64,000 nt of DNA from Tubulanus polymorphus (taxonomy: Eukaryota > Animalia > Nemertea), in assembly GCF_964204645.1 (NCBI RefSeq), contig NC_134029.1:9698850-9762849 (forward strand), read 5' to 3'. The position numbers were made by a program, and so were the translations under genes. Every line of letters begins with the position of its first letter. Position 1 is the stretch's first letter. The notes beneath the pieces are model-generated. The model did no database searches and was not told the origin of the DNA. It saw only the letters and a list, made by a program, of their open reading frames with translations. Of the stretch, positions 54,078 to 64,000 are shown in pieces.

Positions 54078-56764
54078 TGGTAAGGCTTAGTGTAAAATGG
54101 GAAACAATGGGAAACAATGGAGGCCGGGATTGTACTGAATTCGAAATAGAATCTTTGTATATATTGCATGCGATGTCCTCGGTTTCTGATATTTTCAAAG
54201 CGACTCAATTAATAGCCATCAGGCCAACATTCATCTTTATTGTCTGCGAATAGCTGACATCTTTCTTCCCATGAATATCATTTTCAACCTGTTCAAATAG
54301 ACATTCGAACGTTAGAAAAAAACCATAAAACCATTCCTTTCGTTCCCGCCAACGATTTACTTCTTCGCTTGTCAATTTATTGTCCTTTTAATGTTGGTCG
54401 TGAAGAGTTGATAATCTAACCCAGAGACAGAAGTCGGCGCGCGCACGGAAAATTACGATCATCCGAGTCGAGACACGCAAATAGCTGGCACCTATTTTGT
54501 CACATGCCATTTGTCTTGTGTCTGGTAGCTACAAAGACACTTCTACGATAACTAACAGCTTCTCACAAAACAAATCCTGATACGTTTACGCGTCGGATAT
54601 CGAATGACCCATCTCCAGACATGTCTCACCACAGTAGAATCGCAGGTCCGCCAAGATTTTTTACTAGATCAACTAATCACGCTATTTTTATGAAATAAAA
54701 TACGACGAGAGGAGTCTTGTATGATTGAATCATTCTGCAATCCAGTTTCAATTGGTTTCCGGTTGGAGCGCAATAGTTAGGATGATAAACTAATATTTGC
54801 CTCATATACTCAAATTAACATCGTAGGTCTGGCTATGGATCTGTTTCTTGAACTGGATGGAATGATACATATAAGGAAACGCATAGAAATCGGTGCTGAA
54901 ACTCGGAATGACAAAAGAAGCGCTGCAGTTAAAAATCCATTCTAAGAAAACTAGGCAAGGTATCTTTACATTTTAAATTTCACTTGAGAGGGGGCGTTTA
55001 TGTGCACAGTTCGTGATATGTTTGAATTTTTTTCGAAATTTCTTTAAAAAAACAACGCGCTTCAAAGTTGAGTAGCCTGAATTTATATGCCTGTGGCAAA
55101 AACGAAGCCACAGGTTTTTATATCGCTCTCATGTCAAATGTTGCAGATTTGAGAAAATGAATTTAACATATCTGAAAACTAGAGATTCACACGGTTTGAA
55201 TGTTGCTAAAACCCCACCTACGGACCAATGAAATATGATAAACATGCTTGCTGTAAAAATGGTCTGTTGTGATGGCACTACCTGATTCATATTGTATTCA
55301 TTTTTCATGAAATTTGTTTTTCTATGTGATCTCATAGGTGCAGCAACCTCATTTACTACATCTACTTAATCTTATGGGGTGGCAGTTGGAGTGTTGGTTT
55401 GAATGACTTCGTCCACAAAAATGTTTTTCGTCAATCTGTATATTCGTATTGTCGCACACGGGTCGTAAGAAGTCTGCAATCAAAATTCTATGTTTTTTCC
55501 TCATTTTATGTCGTGATATATAGTACAATGCAAACCGCGTACGCTTCATAACATTAGCAATAGTTTTTTGCTTGTAAGCGCCAACAAAAAAAGTCACGAA
55601 AGCTTTCATCGATTGAGCTCGGTTGGAGGATATAACACGAATTTGCATCGGAATTATTTCTAATTTTAACAAAGGCGTGCCGATAATTACGCAGAAAACT
55701 TTCCAAACGTCGTTTTGAGTTACAATAAAACTTTAAACAAGTAGGCCCTATATCAATATATGCATTAATGATGGCATGAACGATTCTATAACATATATCA
55801 CGTCGAAACGGCCTTACTGATAATGCAAGGCAATAACTTTATTTCCAAAATCATTAGAATTCACAAACACGTGGATATATCAATTGATTGAAAATTACAA
55901 GACATTCGGCTATAAAATCACATATTCTTCTGAAATCATGAAGGTGACATACATACGGTAACTTGGATGGACTTAATGGAATTTAGATGTTTGATTATTT
56001 CTTGGTTTTAACTCCTAGTTGATTGCTAACTTGGAGTTAAAACCAAGGCAAATGATTATCATGACTTGAACCTCTTCTTTTACCGTTATCTTGGTTTTAC
56101 ATTTCATACTCTTTAGGCGTTAGCAGTAGCCTTTAGGCTCCCCCTTTCTATCTTATACATATACTTTGTTCTTTTTGTAAATAATTTTCTTTCTTATCTT
56201 TTTATACAATTCATTCTTATGGAAAAATGAATAGAATATTCAAAGCTCCACCGTGATCGAAGGCCAGAGGATTCTCTGGTCGTCCCCCATCACCCGCCCG
56301 TCATTTTTTTGTGATTCTCAAGATGAAATCTGGAAGGACGATCGACGGACCATGTACATGCCCTGATATCCGAGATTTACTTCAGAAAGGGACAAAGGCC
56401 TTCTTTCGTGTTGTAAAGAGTACAATTTTTTCATCAAAAAGGGTGGTACTGAAATTGACCTTTTGTCTTCGACACTCGATGGATGAGGGATCTTTAACAC
56501 AACAACTATTTTAATCTCACCAATCCTTCTTCATAGATGGAGATGGTATCCCTAGGAAAAAACCAACAGGCTATGAGCCATGGCCAATGGACAACGCCGG
56601 AGATAATTTGGAAAAATGAAATTTAAGAAAAATATATATACCAAATTCAAATTTCAAAATAGAATAATAGAAATAACTTCCCAGTGAGTGTAAACAACCA
56701 TTTTTAACCACTCACTTATGTTCCTTAGCTACATTCCTGTATAAATATCTTGTCAATCCATTCA

Positions 56765-56810
56765 GTACGCCTGATGATGGCTAATAGTTTTTAGTCGAAA
56801 CGTCGCTCAA
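56765..56810 (+). ncRNA. Minimal type I hammerhead ribozyme motif, probably a Penelope-like element pLTR remnant
   Basis: CTGATGA-T-GGCTAA(tagttt)TTAGTC-GAAA-CG-TC: intact core and a 6-bp stem II. TATAAATA lies ~30 bp upstream. Stem I is only ~2 bp. Confidence 0.6.
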
Positions 56811-58139
56811 ATGTATACATTTCAATTCGAGTACTTTACATTTTTGGCTTAATTATTTTGGGATTTCTCGCATTTAAACTTCCTGTGCGTGGAGCACTAT
56901 TTACACCAGCGCAGTATTTTCCGTTTTATAACTGAGAAACGGTACAATTTGTATTCTTTTCAGGGTCCACAAAGATGCTACTTGTTTGTCTTGTAACCGT
57001 ATCAATCGTGACATTCACTCGTCTACTAGGATTCTTTAAACTTGAAAGAGAAGAGCGATACGCAATCGATGTTTTCATGTGGCATAAACTACCACTGTTA
57101 CCGCAATAATTACGACCCCTTCTTTAAACGGAACAGAGGTCGTAAAAATCACCGTTTCGCTCTCGACGGTTGATGGTTATTTCGTGAAAAATATTACTGC
57201 GCGGTTCACCGATTTTCGTCTTTAAAGCAACTGTCGTTTGAAAGGTTTACGGTGTATTCGCTTGTCTGATGTATTTTGTTTGATCAAGATCAAAGTAACA
57301 TAATCTCTGGCATTTTTATGAAGAAACGTCTAGCGCAATTGAAAGTTTTATGAAATGAATCAGTCACATCGAGTATACGCATCAACTTGACTTGACCCCA
57401 TATAATCGACATTTAGGCAGGTTTCGATTTGGTTTTCGACCACACATCCATGCCTATTCCTGAATAGCACAATCATCCGTAAACCTGATGAATGGTCGAT
57501 AATGTCATTTAATCCGGATTTCCATCGACCGTATTACGGAATAGCTATTTTCAAACTATACCTGCCTTTAGTGCAGACCAAAGTGTGTCAGGAAAAGAGT
57601 CAGGAAATCATCTAACAAAAAATACCGAATGAGAAAATGCTACGATCAAATAAGACACATAATCTTTAAAAATGATGTCAGTTTCTGGTATATGTACGTA
57701 AAAAAGAACGAGTACCCGGTATCTCAGAAAACATACTTCATAAATCGAAATATATTTCGACATGCCAGCGTATCCAACGTGAATTGGTACCTATATATGT
57801 TAAGTCTATTTTCATCATTTAGTAATATGTGTAGGTTATAACATGGTGGTTCTCGTGTAATACCCCACTTATCCCACACAGTTTGCACAGTTTCCGTCGC
57901 GTGCATTTTCATCGATATATCGATGTATAATCATATGTCTCAGTTCAGTTCAGCCAGTCCGATTATTGCTCAATTTCCGGATGCTGATTTACAGAAACAC
58001 AGGCAGCGAACTTTGGTTTCTCCAATTCTGACATACTCACAGACTTTATGAAAGATCTTCTGTGATTTAGTTTACTGAGAAATCCCTGAAGATTCGTTGC
58101 GCTGAGAAAAGTATTCAATTTGTATTTTGGGAACTTATT

Positions 58140-58198
58140 GTGTGTGCGTGTGCGTGTGCGTGTGCGTGCGTGCGTGCACTAGTCGACTAGCTTCGAAA

Positions 58199-58295
<97 letters not shown>

Positions 58296-58315
58296 AGCTG
58301 CTAGTCGACTAGTGG
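58140..58315. repeat. (GT/GC)n tract plus (AT)n microsatellite inside inverted flanks
   Basis: Seen directly: cactagtcgactagcttcg..(AT)n of ~90 bp..cgaagctgctagtcgactagtg. Confidence 0.9.
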
Positions 58316-61300
58316 TCGGAACTAATGACTGAACGCACAAGTTCGGTCATGTGGTCGACGATTTCTGGACTTAAGTTCCGACTCCTGGCGTCCGGTTTCA
58401 CGAATATCGATATTGACTCCGATAACCGAAGTTCGCCCAGGGTGGCCTCAAATATTACGGAAGCGGTGTTTCTCACACAATCAACCGAAAAACATATCAG
58501 GTCATCATTTTATACTTTATACACTCAATCAAGAATTTCAATCAATAAAGGAGTATATTCTTTGATATATTCTGTGATATATTCCCGTATGATGCATTAA
58601 TTGAAAGCATTTTTATGCATTTCTTTGTCTATGCACGCAAATACTTCTGCTTTACTGTAAAAACACTTGCTTCAATCGATTGAAGAAGCCGCCTCCTTTA
58701 ATATAGGTCGTTCTGAGAAAATCGTGTTTACGATAGTGCCATTTGTGATAGATTCTTAGAATGACATCCAATTTGCACACAGTGAATGAAATTTGATTAA
58801 ATTCAACCTGAGAGACTTCCAGTTTTCTTATCTACACCCTTATCCATCCAGTCAGTTCCCGCCGTATAAGAACTGTCACGTGGCAATAAAGGCAATAATA
58901 GAAAACAGACAGTTTAAAAGCATCGGAGATTTGCATCATCTTAATACGATTAAGGAGGATATTCGTTTAAAGTTTTCTTAGCCAAATGCGCAGGGACAAT
59001 CATAGGCCCAATCATACAGATAGCGCGCAGCTTGCTTCACCTGTTTTCGTTCCCATATTTCAATTTTCCTTAATAGAAATATCCCATTCTTTAATTAGTT
59101 GCCTTGCGGATTAGACGTGTATCTTTGTTGTTGTCGTAAACCCACCGGCTTAGATAAACATCTGTACGCATTGAAACGTTTTCCAGTCGTTCGCCGATGG
59201 TGATAAATTCGATGAAACGTATGAAGCTAACTATCACTAAAAGCAAACGAGACAGAAAACTGACCGTTAATGAAAACGGAATCGTGATAACTTCAGTTAT
59301 CACCTGCTTTTCTTATCATATCGCGGTGAAAACGAAAGTGGGACTGCTGTTGAGTCACGAATTGGACCCAAATCTAGAGCCAATTGTGGAGAGGCTCTAC
59401 ATTAAACTGTGATTTGCTATCCGTACGCGGTGTCTGGGGAAAGGAAATTACACACAATATGCTGAAAACCGTGCAAAAACAAATCAAAGCTATATGAGAT
59501 ACAAAATGATATGCATCAAACGCAGTCGTTTTGACCTTTATGTGTAGAGGTCAACCAATCCGTATGATGAAATTGTATTTCCGTTCATAGTGGGGCTTTG
59601 GTCTAACGACAAAACTAAACAAGTGAATGGTTTGCATTTCATCGGCAAATAGTGAGAAATAGTTGAACCTCTGAATAAACGAATACTTGGAAAACAAATC
59701 AACAATTGACCAATGTAAACGATTTATTTCATACTATAGATAGACACGTAACGGACTAAAATTTTCGTACCCTTCTTAGAATACATATAGCAACGAGATT
59801 CCTTGAGAATTGCTTTCTTAATTGAGTGTAGAGTTGAATCAATTTCTATATCTCGATTATTAGTGTATGAAAAATAATCTGTTTTTAGAAATTGATTATG
59901 ATTATCAAATCGTATACATCGTAGTAACCAAATGGGTTACATACTTCGGAGCGCTTCCACAGCGCTGAATTAATTTCATCCATTCGTTCCTAATTATGGA
60001 ATCGCAACTAGTTTTTCTTTTAAGAAATCGATGGGGAAATACGACAAAGTTGACTATGATGATAGTTTTTCCGTGGAGGCCTACTAGAAATGCTCATTTC
60101 GGAAGCGCCGTTCACAAAACAAATATAACGACAACTCTATCGCTCATATGAGAACGAGCCTATTGGAAATTATAACGGCTTGATGGGTTCGAGCGTTTAA
60201 CATTTCCTTTCCGAATCCAAACAGAAGAAGTAACAACAGTAACGGGTTTGCAGTTTGGTAAGAGCAATTTAATGTAACGTGGGAAGAGACGCAACGTATC
60301 GTTTGAAGTGAACGCTAAAGGTAGGCCGAGAGTCCTTCTCCATCATGAATTTTCCATTAGCATCATAAGTACCCAGAACGACTAATATCCACCTGAAACG
60401 ACGTTCCGAGTATATATTCATACATTATACAAAATGCTTTGAAGTGATCTGTCACGTTTTCTGTTGCCGAAATTACTTTTTCAGGCAATAATACGCGGAC
60501 GCCAATGCAAAATTGATCATATGAGCTGCGTAAGTGCGGTAGATTTTGCGTAATTTTTACTCGGGTAACTTCGCGAAATGAATTTGTCTTAATGACAGTG
60601 CCTCCGTATCTTTATCCAGAATTGCTCCTTATTTCGCTTAAGCATGGTAAGTGTATCTTAAGTCTTTTATTCATATGAGACTTTTTCCTTGTAGCACTCA
60701 TATCACATGGTCACGCATCAAATTCTTACTCCACAGGATTATTTTCCCGCTAAAGATTTTTTTGAACACAAAGGTGTTAGAATATACAATTGCGAAAGAT
60801 CTCAGATCGAGATTGGATTTCTGTTTCATTAGCAATTCAAAAGTATCAAACAATATCTCGACGTTCTTAATTTAGTTGCTGCTTCAAATGTATTTATACT
60901 ACAAGATTTTTCGCGTGAGAAAACGGGATTTTCTGTGTTCTTGCCGAAAATAGATATTTAACTTGCAAAAAATAATACAGGATCTTTTCATGGCCCTAAT
61001 CAGCCACCATATCAAAAACAATGTTCTTTTCTCCGACGAAAATATGTCTTACTCTTTTTAGAATATATGCAATTGCAAATGGACTCAAATTGAAACCAAT
61101 TTCCTCGCGTATCTTCGCGAAATTACTAAATCAGATTTTCGTTAAGCTACAGACACAATCGCGGCATATTGGGGGCTGGACTCGTAACCGGATCGCCCGA
61201 CGGCGCGCAAAACCCGAACGTCGCTCCGGCGTGTGTCTCTGTCACTCGCTGCGCTGATACTGCGCGATGTCGCGGTATTTGCGGTAGGTTGGCGTCGACC

Positions 61301-61460
61301 GGTACAAGCTATCGGAGCGGTAACAGGCGTAGTCGTGCAGCACGTGCTCGCGTTATCATGGGAATAGAACTATATATAGCAAATGGTGTTTTGTCATAGC
61401 ACTGCAGTTAGTCGAGAATGCTACTTGCTGAAACTTTCTCATTGTTGTTTTGCGATAAGG

Positions 61461-61521
61461 ATGTATATATATTACTGGACGACTTTGATATTCACAATTC
61501 TACTGGACACTTTCTCAAAAT
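61461..61521 (+). CDS. Candidate first coding exon (signal peptide) of a gene running beyond the window
   Basis: MYIYYWTTLIFTILLDTFSK followed by T|gtaagt, a consensus phase-1 donor. Preceded by a CpG-rich tract (61160-61360), TATATATAG at ~61371 and an Inr-like sequence near 61405. Confidence 0.4.
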
Positions 61522-62298
61522 GTAAGTGTACAACTTTTCTTTGATTGAAAAAAAATTATCCATTTAAGTCGAATTCAATGATCGTAAGTAGTTTGAAAAT
61601 GACACCGAATTCTCAAAACAAATTTGCTTGCTATAATCCATGAGAGGTCTATAATGGCTGTATTAAACTTTCTTTATTAATGATGTGTATTCCTGTTTTA
61701 AACTTCAATCTTTAAACTTCAAAACTAAATAATTATCCTAGATTGCACTAAATCTTAAGCATCACAACATTGGTACTTACAAATATTTGCATGTATCGTT
61801 TTGGATTGATTCAGCTTCGATGAACCCTTTCGAAGAATATAGCGGAATTATTTTGCAATCAATCATACATATAGACTTTCATACTTTTGCATTAGCGGAG
61901 AACAAAGCTTGCTTTCTCGCCCTCCGTGAGACTTCTTTTTGGTGATTTTTTACCACATATCAAGTTTGACTCGCGTATATGAAGATAATTTCCGACGTCA
62001 TTCGAATTCTAGTAATTCAATAATTCAGTAATTTTCTGAATATCGTTTTTTTCGCCTGCAGTCGTTGAGGGCCTACTGCTGTGTAATATTCAGCGGGGTT
62101 TTACTGCATCATTATTATATTGACCAAATTTAGTTAACTAAATCACGCTTGAATATCAATATATTAGTGTCGAGTGTATAAACTATATCGATTCTCATAG
62201 ATAGGTTTCTAATTTTAATATTTGACATCTAAATGTAAAGTGAATTTGAATAGATATTTGTCTTCAAAAGTATTTCACCAGTAATTGATCGTTATCTA

Positions 62299-62735
62299 GG
62301 GACCATCCATTTATTTCGTACGCACATTGGGTGGGGGGGGGGGGGGGGCTATGTCTGATGCGTACAAGACTGTAAGGGGAGGGGGTGTACAATTGTACGC
62401 TGATATGTCTATTATGCGAGGAATTTCTCTAGACCACAAACTACCGATACAGCGATGCGACGAAAGGCTCAAGCTAATACACCGAAAATTAATAATTATG
62501 TTACGATATTCAGCGCTATACTGATCTAATATCAATAAAAGATTCGTCATACATGTATATAGGGATTTCCTAGTTTGGTAAAAACCCGATGATTCCGACC
62601 ATCGCCATCCAGATACTTAAAATTATTAACATGTTCATTTTGAAGGTAACAATATACGTTTTTTCTTGTACGTAGGGGAGGTTCCAAATGAACGTATATG
62701 CTTGCGTACAGGGGAGGGAGGAGTTGGTGTTTAAA
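62299..62735. repeat. Degenerate G-tract MITE-like repeat
   Basis: gggaccatccatttatttcgtacgcac..G-run..gcgtac motifs, typical of a widespread animal MITE type. Right terminus not found. Confidence 0.35.
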
Positions 62736-64000
62736 AATCGGATTTATATTCATCACATTCAGTCTTCAATTAAGCTGCTACGTATATATTGAGAGCAAAT
62801 CCTATAATTTGGTGATACCGCAGTCGAGCGGGTCATTTTGTCTGCTATTGGAAAATAATTGATCGATAAGAGAATGTCACCACCGATATCGTTTTTTTTC
62901 TAGTTAAAAGGTGTTAATGCTTGATCGCACAAATAATTTTGTATTTCCAATACTAAAATTATCGATGATTGACTTTAATTGGTCTCGACGACTTATAATG
63001 CCGGGTAGATTCATTTTTTTTTCTAAATTGGCTCATACAGCAGCCGCGCTGCGCGAAGTTGCATCAACATTGTGAAAGTCCCCAGAGAATCACCGCAGCT
63101 GATTAAAGGCATGGCCGTTTAGCACACGTCGGGGATCCATAAATTTCCGATCACATCGACTCGTATATATGGAATTAATCACGGTTTACCTGCCGGATTG
63201 TCTATATGACTGACATTGATGAGGTACAGAAACTAGTACTGTCACGTTGATTACTGTAATATAGTATATACACGCACACGCCAATGACTATTTCTGACAG
63301 GATTCGAAGTTTAGAATTATTTTCATAGTTCTTGGATAAATTTCTCTCATACGCCGACGAATCAATTTTCTTAAATACCGCCAAAATTTATATATGATGT
63401 ATAATAAATGATATATTATGATGTATCATATAATTGATATATATGATATTGATAAATTCTATTGTTCCTCTTCTCTCTTCTCTTTATTATTTATATTGTT
63501 TACCCTTTCTGTTTTTTGTTTTGTTTTATTCACAATCGTACTCTTGATATATGATCAATGAATTAATTTGATTTTGAATTTACGACACGCGTTTCGATCG
63601 TGTATTTAAATAAATGTAAGACTATTATATATTGTCAACAGTTTAAAATCTTAATATTAATTTCAATGTGTTTTATAATAACTTCGCGATACTTATATAT
63701 ATATATATAAATCGAGAGCAATTGATATTTGCTTTGTCTTCCCAAGGTTCGGGGTTCCAATCCTGGATAGTTGTTATTCTCATTACATGTCCATTCGTAC
63801 TCGATTATGATGGGCTCCCCATTTGTGGCCCTCTCCCTGCTTTAGGATAAAGAAACCTCCGACCTTTTACGATGTGAATAGGTGATGTGTAGCGGATTGC
63901 GGGACATCTGTAAACTAAAAATAGGTTTTGAAATCATCTCAAGAAAACTTCCCAGTAACACTATTGCAGAGGGTTTCTTTATCAACGATTCGACCGGAGA

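Overview
AT-rich, repeat-dense eukaryotic DNA, probably an invertebrate animal (inferred from spliceosomal introns and the transposon families; no prokaryotic features). The main feature is a complete-looking sacsin-like gene on the + strand with six coding exons (13247-41811, about 4286 aa), including one 12.2-kb exon. It has three intact HSP90/GHKL-type sacsin repeats and a C-terminal HEPN domain, but no N-terminal ubiquitin-like domain, and its J-domain lacks the HPD motif. Around it are many mobile elements, several nested: a frameshifted Sola2-type transposon inside a MITE just upstream of the sacsin start, a young 2.2-kb non-coding LTR element, Helentron-type (HINE-like) repeats, several MITEs, LINE 3' fragments and a Penelope-type minimal hammerhead motif. 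Two weak candidate signal-peptide exons lie near 5.2 kb (-) and 61.5 kb (+). All calls were made by eye, with no database searches.
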